A DNA stretch of 64,000 nucleotides, from positions 77,556-141,555 of the forward strand of contig JAXMBK010000012.1 in the NCBI GenBank assembly GCA_046349935.1, read 5' to 3'. The notes below the pieces were generated by a model. That model saw nothing but the letters and a program-made list of their open reading frames with translations. It did no database searches and was not told the origin of the DNA. Origin of the DNA: Pirellulales bacterium. Lineage in GTDB: Bacteria; Planctomycetota; Planctomycetia; Pirellulales; Pirellulaceae. The position numbers were made by a program, and so were the translations under genes. This document shows positions 29,984-40,900 of the stretch, in pieces; positions within the stretch are counted from its first letter, which is position 1; each line of letters opens with the position of its first letter.

Positions 29984-30943
29984 GAAGCATCAAGCGAGGC
30001 CGGGTCACCTGGTGCAACTTGGCTATGCTTGAGCGATGCCGCCTTGGGCACCGTACTCACTTTTCATCCAGTCTTTGAATCCTGCCCGGGTGGATGCTCC
30101 ACAGGTGTACGTCGGACATTTGTCCCACGAACCGTTTGCGACCGACGTGACGACGCGAACGCGGTCTGAAATGCGGCACGTCGCCGATTGGGGTGCGCGA
30201 GCGCAGCTTCGCAAAGCTCCGGCCGCAACTCGCCCGCCATCGCCACCAAGGCGTTGCTCCGCAGACGTCGCCCTGAGAAAGTTCGTTACGGGGAGAGCGA
30301 ACCAACGGCGTCCCGCAGGACTTTCTTTGCGCCCTGTCAGTCGCCCACATCATCGTCGAGGCTGGTAGGTCGCGGCTGGCTCTGAAGCAGACGCAACAGT
30401 CAGTACCGTCCGGCGCGAGAAGGATCGCTCGGCACACGACGCCGACTAATAACCATGTCCATCGTTGCGTTTTTGGCTGCGGTTTCGCGTCGCGCGTACC
30501 GCTTGTCCTCTTCCTGTCCCTAGCTCCTCTGGCCGACGGGCCCGAAGTCCGTAACATTCCCCCTGGCCGCCCTGACCGTGCGCTGGCAAGACGCCTCCAT
30601 GCATTCCCCCCATGTGGAATCTCGCTCGAATCGTTGACGCACCCCGCTGAATCAGGGTACTTTTGTACCGCCATGCTTCGGCTGCACGTTGATTGCGAGA
30701 CGCGTTACATGACCTGCGGCCGCGAGCGTTGCCCCACCCCCTGGATCCCTCCGCCCTCCGCGAATCAACGACACGTCCCGACCTGTGACACAGGGAAGGT
30801 CCCAAGCCTTTCCTGGTGTTCATGGTGTGGGAGCGACGCTTCACGCACAAATGGCAGCGAAGCGACGCAGGTCCGCCATGGGCGAGTCCGAGATCCACGG
30901 TCGGTCCCAATTTGCAACGGCTCTCACCAACAGGAACTAGCTG

Positions 30944-33058
30944 ATGGCCAATGTTCACGTCCAAAACGAGCGATGGGTGGTGACGAGCACAGACTTCGCG
31001 ACCCGCATCACGATTCCGGATCTCGACGGCTACTTTCGCAACTTGCCCTTAATCAGCAGTTTTCCTAAGGCGAAGACGCTGGTGATCGAACCGGGAACCC
31101 GGGCGTTCGTCATCGAGGACGATCTTTTGGCAGGGGAATTGCCGCCCGGCGCTTACACCTTGGAGTCGTTCGTGGAGCGGCTGCAGTTCTGGCGGTCGAA
31201 ACAATCGACGGTCGTGCTGGCCCGCCAGGAAGACGTCCCGCTGGAGGACGCCGTCGCTGGAATTCTCAGCCTCGAAGGCGTAGGCGTCGATCTCCGCTAC
31301 CGCTGGACCGTCCAGATCTCCGATATCTTGCTGTTCCTGACCAATCTTTTCGGGGCCCGCACCGCCCTCTCGATTCCGGAACTGGACGGCCTACTCCAGC
31401 CTCTTGTGCGTCAAGCGGTCTACGGGATCGTCGGGGCGACCGGCTACGACCAGATCCGCGACTCGCAGTTTGCGGCGCAGCTTGCGGATGCCCTTCGCTC
31501 GCAGCTCGACGTTCGTCTGCAGCGATACGGTCTGCGATTCGTGGACCTGCAGTCAGTTGCGGTCACGTGCGACGATGCCGGACTCCGCGAGCGACACGGG
31601 GAAGCTTGGCTCGGCTGGCGCGAAAACCAGTTGCAGCGAGCCTTGCATCACGTTGAGAACGATCAGCTCGCCGCCCGACTGGAAGACTATCAGCAAAAGG
31701 TGGCGGTCCGGAAACAGCTGCGCGACGTCGTCGCTTCCGATCGGCTGAATCAGGCCCAATCCAAGGAGGACTTTGCGGCCGCGATCTTCGCGCTCGATAA
31801 GCAGCAGTTGCTCCGCCAAGAAGAGCGGGACTCGCTGACCCAAGCCTACGAGGAGCGCAAGGAAGACCAAGCGCAGCAGCGGGCGCACCTGCTGGCCACG
31901 ATCGACCTGCAACGCGAGCGGGAACTGGAGGAGCTGCGCATCGAATTGGACCATGCGCTCCGTCAGAAATCGCTCCTGCAAGAACTCGAGCTCACGCGTT
32001 TGACGCAGACGCGAGAAGCCGAACAGTGGCGGCATGAGCTGAATCGCGAGCGCGAAGCCGCCACGCATCGACGGGATGAAAAACGGGTGGCGCTGCAGGC
32101 CCGCTGGGAGCGTCTGCGCGACGCTCGCCAGCAGCAGCGCAGCGACCAGTGGGAAGCCGTCCTGCATGAACAGAAGCTGGAGGAAGTGCGTCTCGATCTT
32201 GAGCTCAAGAAGGCGGAACGAGCTCGCCAAGTCGCCCTTATCCAAGCCGAATTGGAGAGCCGGCTCGCAGCCGAGAAATACGAACTCCACCAGCGTCAGC
32301 AGGAATGGGAAGCCGCGCAGCGCGAGAAGCAGAGCCACAATCAACTCGAGCGACTGCAGCAAGTCCAGAACATGAATCTGCAGTTCGCCGAACGACAACA
32401 GCGGATGCAGGCTGAATTGGAGAAGCTGAAAGCGGACGGCGAACATCAACGAGAGATCGAGCGACTGCAGGCGATGAGCACGCTGAGTTCTGACGCGTTG
32501 ATCGCCACCGCCGCGATGGGGAACGCGTCTCTGCTCGCCGACCTCAAGAAGACGGAGTTGGTGAAAGACGGCAATGACGGCGGTGCAGCCCAACAAGCCG
32601 AAAAACTAAACGAAGAACGGCAACGCCTCTACGAACGTCTGAACGAGACGGAACGGGCCAAGGCCGACGCCATCGCCGAAGCATACAAGCTGGCCATGCA
32701 GGCTCAGCACGCCAGCGTGAGTCAGATGATTGGCGGGCTCGCACAAGCGGTAGCGCCGCCGGCGGGAGGCCTGTCGCCCTTTACACCTGCTGGGATGGCC
32801 CCGCCCGGCCCGCCCCCGCTCACGCCCGCGGCCGCGACGTGGTATGTGTCGCTGAACGGGCAACAGTCGCCGCCGCTGCCCCTCGCCCAGTTGCATCAGT
32901 ACATCCAGAGCGGCCAAGTGCAGGCCGCGACCCTGGTTTGGCGAGCCGGGTTGCCAGCGTGGTTGCCAGCCGGCCAAGTGGCGGAGCTCGTGCCCTATTT
33001 TGGGTCGTCCGGGGGGCCGCCGCCGCTGCCGGCCGGAGCGGACGCGAAGCCCAGTTGA
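30944..33058 (+). CDS. SPFH/flotillin-like protein with long coiled coil and C-terminal DUF4339 (GYF-like) domain
   Basis: N-terminal band-7-like segment, ~350 aa of E/R/Q-rich heptads, and a C-terminal block (WYVSLNGQQSPPLPLAQLHQYIQSGQVQAATLVWRAGLPAW) matching DUF4339. Confidence 0.55.
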   Translation: MANVHVQNERWVVTSTDFATRITIPDLDGYFRNLPLISSFPKAKTLVIEPGTRAFVIEDDLLAGELPPGAYTLESFVERLQFWRSKQSTVVLARQEDVPLEDAVAGILSLEGVGVDLRYRWTVQISDILLFLTNLFGARTALSIPELDGLLQPLVRQAVYGIVGATGYDQIRDSQFAAQLADALRSQLDVRLQRYGLRFVDLQSVAVTCDDAGLRERHGEAWLGWRENQLQRALHHVENDQLAARLEDYQQKVAVRKQLRDVVASDRLNQAQSKEDFAAAIFALDKQQLLRQEERDSLTQAYEERKEDQAQQRAHLLATIDLQRERELEELRIELDHALRQKSLLQELELTRLTQTREAEQWRHELNREREAATHRRDEKRVALQARWERLRDARQQQRSDQWEAVLHEQKLEEVRLDLELKKAERARQVALIQAELESRLAAEKYELHQRQQEWEAAQREKQSHNQLERLQQVQNMNLQFAERQQRMQAELEKLKADGEHQREIERLQAMSTLSSDALIATAAMGNASLLADLKKTELVKDGNDGGAAQQAEKLNEERQRLYERLNETERAKADAIAEAYKLAMQAQHASVSQMIGGLAQAVAPPAGGLSPFTPAGMAPPGPPPLTPAAATWYVSLNGQQSPPLPLAQLHQYIQSGQVQAATLVWRAGLPAWLPAGQVAELVPYFGSSGGPPPLPAGADAKPS

Positions 33059-33150
33059 TGCATTCTCGGCGTCGTCAATCGACGCTCGTCGTCAGCCCCA
33101 CTCCTCGGAGGCCGGGCCCCCGGACCTCCTCGCCGTCGTGAGAGATAACC

Positions 33151-34737
33151 GTGGAACAGGGACAAGCCGCTTCGATACTCTACAGCCAGGTGAAGAGTCA
33201 GTTGCGACCCGAGGCAACGCTGGCGGAAATCGAAGCGCAACTGCAGGCCGTGGCCGTCAGCGCAAACCTTGCTGCTGGGGTAATCATCGAAGTCATGGCC
33301 CGGTTCCAACAGGATCATCAGGCGATTTCAGAGGGGGCCACGCCTCGTCTACTCGTGAATTGGGGTGAGCCCCCCCGCATGGGACATCAGGTGCGTCCCG
33401 AGTTCAGCCTGATTTGCCCAGGGTACAACGCGCGTCCCGAAGTCGTCGTCGCCGTCGACCGCCAGCTCGATCACGAAGCTCTTGATCTCCGACCGCGAGT
33501 GCAGGAAGACGCGCCCGGGCTCTGGACGTTCAGCGTTCCCTTTCAGATGACATCGCAGGGCCTCGATTGTTGCCCCGGTCAGTATTTGATCGACGTCGCA
33601 GTCTCATTCCGCGACGGCCCCGCGTCTCGCCCGCGCTTTTATCGGTGTCGGATTCGCCTCCATGTCACCGGCGGCGGCGCTGGCAGCGAGGGCGGCGTCC
33701 TGGAGATCGATAGCGACGGTCAGTCGGTCGTCAATCTGCAGGGGTACAACCTGAAGCAGTTCTCGCGCGTCATCCTCAAGGGCGGTCAAGCCGGCATCAT
33801 CAACGTCGCGCAGCCGCTGGGAGAGAGTGCGACCGCGGCCCCCGCCCTGCCGCACCAGCCGGCGACCGCCTTTGCGTATCAGCTACGGGTAGATGCAGAA
33901 AAGGAGGCCCGCCTGCCGCGGCTCGCGCCCCGTTCGCGGCCCCGCAGTAAACTGGAGAAAGCCGGGCTGTTCTTTGCGGACGGGCGGCGAACGATCGTCC
34001 TGGCGAAACGAAAAATCACCTTTGGGCGCAGTCGCGGTAACGACGTCGTGCTCCGCTTCTTGCCATCAGACAAGGCGAACGACGATTATTCGCGAAACAT
34101 CTCGCGCACGCATTTCACGGCCGAATTGACGGCGGAGGGCATCGAACTGCGGGACGAGTCGCGCAGCGGTCTGGAGTTCAACTATGCGGTGGTGCGCGAG
34201 CGACAGGTCATACCCGCGACGTATGCCGGGGATGTACTGCCCGTGGAACTAGGCGTCACGGGAACCGTCCCGAAGAAGTTCGCGCTCGAGATGACGTTGT
34301 TCGCGCCCGATCATCGGTTCGAACAACCGCACGAGCTCGAGTATTGGGATGAACTCTACTGCGAGATCGTGGGCGGCCGCCGTTCGCGGCTAGCGCGGGA
34401 GGCCGTCGAGGTCATGCTGAATGCGGTGCGCTATGACCGGGCCGAAAATCTCGCGGGCGAGGAGTCGTACGTCCATCTCGTGCGGGAAGCCCTCATCGGC
34501 GGTTCCCGCAGCCAAGCGGCGATCGTCCTCCACGATGGCGTCCCCCAACCGCAAGCTCGTTTACTGCACATGGATGAATCTTTCTGGCTGGAACCCCTTC
34601 CTGGCTCTCAGCCGATCAGCATTGACGGGGTCCCGGCGGACCCCCGTTCCCTGCACCCTTTGTCGCCGGGAATGCAGCTGGTGTTTGACACCGAAAGCCT
34701 ACGCTTCGACCTTCCAGCTCAGCGGTACTTGGACTAA
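33151..34737 (+). CDS. FHA domain-containing protein
   Basis: FHA signature ITFGRSRGNDVVL...ISRTHFTAE...GIELRDESRSGLEFN in the central region. Confidence 0.7.
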   Translation: MEQGQAASILYSQVKSQLRPEATLAEIEAQLQAVAVSANLAAGVIIEVMARFQQDHQAISEGATPRLLVNWGEPPRMGHQVRPEFSLICPGYNARPEVVVAVDRQLDHEALDLRPRVQEDAPGLWTFSVPFQMTSQGLDCCPGQYLIDVAVSFRDGPASRPRFYRCRIRLHVTGGGAGSEGGVLEIDSDGQSVVNLQGYNLKQFSRVILKGGQAGIINVAQPLGESATAAPALPHQPATAFAYQLRVDAEKEARLPRLAPRSRPRSKLEKAGLFFADGRRTIVLAKRKITFGRSRGNDVVLRFLPSDKANDDYSRNISRTHFTAELTAEGIELRDESRSGLEFNYAVVRERQVIPATYAGDVLPVELGVTGTVPKKFALEMTLFAPDHRFEQPHELEYWDELYCEIVGGRRSRLAREAVEVMLNAVRYDRAENLAGEESYVHLVREALIGGSRSQAAIVLHDGVPQPQARLLHMDESFWLEPLPGSQPISIDGVPADPRSLHPLSPGMQLVFDTESLRFDLPAQRYLD

Positions 34738-34779
34738 CCCACCAGCGGACCGATGGCTGGCTGATGGCGGCCGGTTGCG

Positions 34780-37623
34780 ATGCGGAGACAGGCGATGCGC
34801 GGCGACACGGAAGGCAGTTTGGGCGACGACAAAACGTCTGCGGGCATGGCACGTTCGGCGCACCACGCGAACAGCCTTGGCTCGGATCCGACGCACACCG
34901 GCGGCACGGCAGACTCGACACCCAGTCTGGGCGACCAGACGACGCTCGGCGGTGAATTGCTCGACGACAAGGACGACGACAAGGACCTGGCCCACGAGGA
35001 GTTCGAGGTCGTTGACCTGGGAGCACGCTACCGAGTCGAGAAATCGCTCGGCCAAGGCGGCATGGGCGCGGTCGTGCTAGCGACCGATACACGGCTCGCT
35101 CGCCGGGTCGCGATCAAACGCATCCTTGGAACGGCCGCCGGCCGCAGAGCTGCGGTCTCGCGGTTCTTGGCGGAGGCCAAGGCGGTTGCCGCCTTAAATC
35201 ATCCCAACATCGTCCAGATTTACGACTATGGTCGCGCCCCGGACGGCCCGTTCTTGATCATGGAGTACGTCGACGGCGATACCTTATTGGCTCGCTGTCA
35301 GACCGGCCCTATTCCCGTGGAGCAAGCGATCGAGCTGACTTGTCAGCTTTGTGACGGACTCGCGAAGGCGCATGCGGCCGGCATCGTCCACCGCGATATC
35401 AAGCCCGCCAACGTTCTCCTCACCGAAGACGGCCTCGCCAAACTCACCGACTTCGGTTTAGCCAAGGCCGAAGCCGCTGACCAGGGCATGACCATGACCG
35501 GTGCCGTGCTCGGCACGCTGGACTACATGGCCCCCGAGCAACGTCGTGATGCGTCACTCGTTGATGCGCGGAGCGATTTGTGGAGTCTCGCGGCGACGCT
35601 GTACCAGATGCTGACTGGCAAAAGCCCAAAGGTGATTCGCCTCCATGATCTGCCGACGTCCCTGCAGTCAGTCCTGAGCAAAGCGTTGGAGGATCAGCCA
35701 AAAGATCGCTACCAGACCGTACGCGAGTTCAAGGAAGCGTTGCGTGGAAAAACAAAAGGCTCTAGCAACCAGGCGTTGGTTGAAGACGCCGAGGACCTCG
35801 GCGAGGGCGTTTGCCCCTCCTGCCGCACCCAGAATGATCTGCAGCGGAAGTACTGTAAGAAGTGTGCCGGCTCGCTGCGAGTTGCGTGTTTGAAGTGCAA
35901 ACAGGAAATTCCGATCTGGGACCAAGTCTGCGGCCACTGCGGCGGGAAGCAACCGGAACTCGTCGCGGCAGAACGAGCCAGAATCGATGCCATGCGAAGC
36001 GAAGCGGAGACGCTCGCGGGCCAGTTGTCGTTCAGCCGTTCTCTGGCCTTGGCGCAGGAAATTGCGGCCATCACCGACCCTCGTCTGCTGCACCAAAAAA
36101 GCTGGGCGGAGACGTTCGTTCCAGAGACCGAGGCGGAGCATCATCGGCAAGTCGAGAACGCTGCTAAGCACTTGTCCGAAGCCCGCAAACACCGCGATGC
36201 CTTCGACTATTCGGCCGCGCTCCACGCAATCGAGTCGATTCCTGCGCCGCTGCGCACGAAGGAAATGCAAGAGCTTCTTGTTACGCTCAATAGCAACCTC
36301 GACGAATTGCGGAACCTGCTGAAGCTCATCAAGAATCGAATCGATGATCGAACGCTGGATGGATTGCTCCAGCCGGTTGAGCGGGCCCTTGAGCTCGATG
36401 GCAGCCGCAAGGATTTGCAGAAACTGCGTCAGCAACTGTTAGATCGAGAGGCGAAGATTACCGCGCAGTGCGACGCGGCGTTTTCCAACGCCGAAAGGCT
36501 GCTGGAACAGGGTAACGCGAAGGCCGCGTTTGCTGCGGTCGAAAACGTGCCGCCCAGTCGCATGACCGCCTCCCGTTCTCAATTACGCAGTCGCTTGCAA
36601 GCGATGTCGACCGCGGAAACAGAGCTTTCGCGACAACTGGCCGCGGCAAAATCAGACGGCGTTGTCGATGCTCAAGAGGCGCTCGACTTGTTGTGTTCGA
36701 CGATCCGCTGCCTGAGGTTGAATCCGCGGCACTCAACGGTGCAGCAGTTGCAGGCGGATCTCTTCAAACGATTGCAAGCCCTGGCGGAACGCCCCTTGGA
36801 TATTCACTTGAGCCAGACAGATGCCCAGGTGCTGGCGCAGCTACCCGTCGACGTGCTGGCGACACTACCGCTCGAATTGCTTCGTCAGTTGCCGGTTTCC
36901 AAGTTCATCTCGATTCCCGGGGTCGACTTACTTCGGCTTACCCCAATCCAGAACAGTATCGGCATGCAATTGAAGCTGTTGCCCGCAGGTATGTTCACCA
37001 TGGGAGAGGGCGCCCAGGCTGATCGAGTCACGCTCACGTGGCCGTTTTTCCTTGGTGTGTATGAAGTGACGCAGGAGCAGTACCAGCGGGTGATGGGGCA
37101 TAACCCTGCAAACTTCAAAGGACCGGACCATCCCGTCGAGAACGTACCGTGGGATGACGCGGTGAAGTTTTGCCGCAAGCTGTCGGCGTTACCGGCCGAG
37201 AAGGCTGCGGAGCGGGTTTATCGATTGCCGACGGAAATGGAGTGGGAGTACGCCTGCCGGGCCGGGACGACGACGAAGTTTAGCTTCGGGGATAACGATG
37301 AGCAGCTGGGCGAGTACGGGTGGTTTAACGACAACTCTCGCGGAACAACACACCCTGTCGGTCAAAAGCAACCGAATCCCTGGGGCTTTTATGACATGCA
37401 CGGCAATGTGTATGAGTGGTGCCAAGATTGGTACGGCGAATTCCCCAAGGGCAATGCGACCAATTCAACTAACGAACTACGGGCCTCGAGTTGCGGCAGA
37501 TACCGGGGCGGCGGTTGGAACAGCAGCTCCACGAATTGCAGGGCGGCGAGCCGCAACGCGCTCCCCCCGACGTTCTGCGAGAACTTCAATGGCTTTCGTG
37601 TGGCGCTGAACTGCACTGGATAG
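34780..37623 (+). CDS. Ser/Thr protein kinase with zinc ribbons, helical repeats and C-terminal FGE-sulfatase domain
   Basis: Hanks kinase motifs GQGGMGAV, AIKR, HRDIKPANVLL, DFGLA, APE. CxxC...CxxC zinc ribbons. C-terminal FGE motifs (RLPTEMEWEYACRAG, GFYDMHGNVYEWCQDWY, RGGGW). Confidence 0.85.
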   Translation: MRRQAMRGDTEGSLGDDKTSAGMARSAHHANSLGSDPTHTGGTADSTPSLGDQTTLGGELLDDKDDDKDLAHEEFEVVDLGARYRVEKSLGQGGMGAVVLATDTRLARRVAIKRILGTAAGRRAAVSRFLAEAKAVAALNHPNIVQIYDYGRAPDGPFLIMEYVDGDTLLARCQTGPIPVEQAIELTCQLCDGLAKAHAAGIVHRDIKPANVLLTEDGLAKLTDFGLAKAEAADQGMTMTGAVLGTLDYMAPEQRRDASLVDARSDLWSLAATLYQMLTGKSPKVIRLHDLPTSLQSVLSKALEDQPKDRYQTVREFKEALRGKTKGSSNQALVEDAEDLGEGVCPSCRTQNDLQRKYCKKCAGSLRVACLKCKQEIPIWDQVCGHCGGKQPELVAAERARIDAMRSEAETLAGQLSFSRSLALAQEIAAITDPRLLHQKSWAETFVPETEAEHHRQVENAAKHLSEARKHRDAFDYSAALHAIESIPAPLRTKEMQELLVTLNSNLDELRNLLKLIKNRIDDRTLDGLLQPVERALELDGSRKDLQKLRQQLLDREAKITAQCDAAFSNAERLLEQGNAKAAFAAVENVPPSRMTASRSQLRSRLQAMSTAETELSRQLAAAKSDGVVDAQEALDLLCSTIRCLRLNPRHSTVQQLQADLFKRLQALAERPLDIHLSQTDAQVLAQLPVDVLATLPLELLRQLPVSKFISIPGVDLLRLTPIQNSIGMQLKLLPAGMFTMGEGAQADRVTLTWPFFLGVYEVTQEQYQRVMGHNPANFKGPDHPVENVPWDDAVKFCRKLSALPAEKAAERVYRLPTEMEWEYACRAGTTTKFSFGDNDEQLGEYGWFNDNSRGTTHPVGQKQPNPWGFYDMHGNVYEWCQDWYGEFPKGNATNSTNELRASSCGRYRGGGWNSSSTNCRAASRNALPPTFCENFNGFRVALNCTG

Positions 37624-37973
37624 ATTGGCGAGTCTTGGGAATGCAGTCGTAACAGACCGTGCTCCTGCCTGATTAGCGAAACCTTATCCCGCAACCGCGA
37701 AATACTCAACTACCGCCTTAAGATTTACCGGCTCCAGGAACCCGAAAAACTAAACAAGTAACCTCAGCGAAAGAAGTCAGGTCGACTCTCCAGCGAAGCT
37801 AGCCAGTCTGGACAAAACTTCATTAAACTCTCGGTCCCCTGAGGACATTGAATCGCGCTGCGGGATCTCTGGAGTACCTCCCACCCGTACCCTGTACTGC
37901 CACTATTCCAGCCAGAAATCCCCGTCACGGTTCCTGTCCACGGACAACAACCTTAGGCCGAGACCACTGATCC

Positions 37974-40900
37974 ATGACGCAGAATCACGACCCGAGCCTG
38001 GGCGACCAAGAGACGCGCGAGCGCGTCGGTCAGCCCGTCGAGCCCGTCGATCGCAGCCTCGGCGATCAGTCGACTCACGGCGACCGCGAAGCGTCGTCGC
38101 TTGGCGGTTTATCGGGAATAATCGTGGCACACGACGGCCCCATCGACGTCGTCGATCTGGCGGCTCGGTATGTAATCGAAGGGCCTGTCGGCCAGGGCGG
38201 CATGGGCGAAGTGCTGCTGGCGACCGATACGCGGCTCAAACGCAAAGTCGCCATCAAACGCGTCCGCGGAGCGATGGCGACGAACCAAGCTGCTCTTGCC
38301 CGTTTTGCCACCGAAGCACAGGCGATCGCCGCCCTGAGCCATCCGCACATCGTGCAGATCTACGACTACGGGCGCGACCAGGACGGCCCCTTCTTGATCA
38401 TGGAGTACGTCGACGGCGGGAGCCTACTCGATCGCTGCCAGACCGGTCCAATTCCCCTTGAGCAAGCGATCGACCTGACCTGCCAGCTCTGCGACGGACT
38501 CGCCAAGGCTCACGACGCGGGCATCATCCACCGCGACATCAAGCCCGCGAACATTCTGCTCACGCAGGATGGTACGGCGAAGCTGACGGACTTTGGGCTC
38601 GCGAAAGCCGAATCGACCGACACCAGCATGACAATGGCAGGGGCCCTACTGGGTACGTTGGACTTCATGCCGCCGGAACAACGCCGCGACGCGTCGCTCG
38701 TCGACGCTCGTAGCGACCTGTGGAGCCTCGGAGCGACGCTCTATCAGATGCTCACCGGCAAGAGCCCGAAGGTGATTCGCCTCCATGAGCTGCCGAAGTC
38801 GCTGCAATCAGTCCTAAGCAAAGCGTTGGAGGATCGACAGGAAGCTCGCTACCAAAGCGCACAGGAGTTCCGGGAAGCACTGCGAAACTCGCACATGACG
38901 GCGTACGACTTTTCTGGAGCGATGATTCCCCCCGCCGGAGAATGCCCGAAGTGCCGCACAAGAAATGAAGCGTCGCGCAAGTTCTGTCGGGAGTGTGCGG
39001 CCTCCTTACGCGTCAACTGCCTGCAATGCGGTGAGGGAATTCTCGCCTGGGAAAAAATCTGCGGTGAATGCGGCGGCAACCAAGCAGATCTCGTCTCAAG
39101 TCGAATTGGGGAGCTTCTTACCGAGTGCAGACGAGCGGAAGCGCTTCGAAGTGAACATGCGTACGATGATGCGATAAGCATCGTAGAGCCGATCGAGTCA
39201 CTGGCGGACGAACGTTTTGCACAAATCAGGACATGGGCAACAGACTTCCTTTCGTCGACTAACGCAGAGCGGGACCGGCAACTTCAACTCGCTCAGCAGC
39301 ATTATTCAGACGCTCAAAGGCATCGAGATGCCGTCGACTATCTCGCTGCGATCTATGAGATGCAGAAGATTCCCGTTCCGTTGCGATCCACCGAGATGGT
39401 CGCATATCTTCAGCAGCTTGAATCCGAGCGAGTGGCTGAATCGGACCGGCAGCTGTTTGCGGAAGCGAAACGGCACAGGAAGAGATTCGACTACCAGTCT
39501 GCCATTCAAGCCATAAAGCAGATTCCTCCTTCTCGACGATCTCGAACCGTGGCTGCCTATCTCATCCGGCTACAGTTCGATCAAGCGGAAGCTCAGCAGA
39601 CGCTCAAGAAGATTGAGGAAAAGATCTCGCAGCGTGACCAAGTCGGTCTTCGAAAACTCGTCGCCCGGGCACTGACGTTATGCGGCGACGACGACGGCCT
39701 ACGCGACCTGTTAACACAACTTGACGATGAAGCGTTTCAAAAGGCTCGAACGAGGGCGGAGTCATTTCGTGCAAAGTACGAATACGAGGACGCGTTGATC
39801 GTCGCTCGTAAGGTAGCAACCAAGGCCGGCGGGTCTATTAGCCATCATCGAGAGTGGGCTGAGGAATTCCTGACGTCAACGAAGCTAGAGTGGGAACAGC
39901 AGAGAAAGTCAGCATCGCAGCGGTTCGAGTTGGCTCGAAGGTATCGGGAGGAGTGCGATCTACAGGCTGCTGTTCAAGAGTTGGAGCGGATTTCTCCTGC
40001 GCTGCGTACGAAAGACATGCTCGCCTTCCTCGATCAGCTTCAGCTAGACTGTAAGAACAACAACAAACTCCATGACGCCCGTACATTAGCGGAGTCCCAT
40101 CGCACGCAGCACGCGTATGAGGCGGCAATGAATGTCGCCCAAAGTGTCGTGACTGCGGCAGGCGACCTCTTCCGCCATCATCGCGAGTGGGCCGAAGAAT
40201 TCCTGTCGTCAACAAAGGCAGAGTGGGAGCAGCAAAGAGAGTCGGCATCGCAACGGTTCGAGTTGGCTCGAAAGTATCGGGAGGAGTGTGACCTACAGGC
40301 TGCCGTTCAGGAATTGGAGCGGATTCCTCCGCCACTACGTACAAAAGACATGGCCGCCTGTCTCGACCAGTTGCAAACTGAGCAAGCCGAAGCCGAGCAA
40401 CTAGTCAGGATCATCGGAGAACAAGTCTCACAGGGCAAGCAACATGGGCTACGGCAACTTGTCGTACGGGCCTTGCAACTGCTGGGCAACAAAAGTGATC
40501 TATGCGAGTTGCTGACCAGGTTAGACCACGAGGAGTTACATCAGGCCCGAACGCGGGCCGAGTCTCTTCGTGCAAAGCACGCCTTCAAGGCGGCGCTGTC
40601 CATTGCGAGAAAGGTCGCGAACAAGGCTGGAGATCAGTTCCGGTGGCATCGCGAGTGGGCCGAGGCGTTTCTGTCGTCAACAACGGCAGAGTGGGAGCAG
40701 CAGAAAGAGTCCGCATTGCAGCGGTTCGAATTGGCTCGAAAGTATCGGGAGGAGTGTGACCTTCAGGCTGCCGTTCAGGAATTGGAGCAGATTCCTGCTG
40801 GGTTGCGTACGAAAGACATGGTCGCCTGTCTCAATCAGCTGCAAACTGATCAGGCCGAAGCGGAGCGACTGCTCAGAGAGATCCGGGCACAAGTCGCAGA

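Noticed and set aside
30057-30674. 205-aa ORF in the 960-bp gap upstream of the sigma gene
   Set aside because: Arg/Ser/Pro-rich low-complexity translation with no motif. More likely non-coding promoter DNA; it contains a copy of the palindromic motif.
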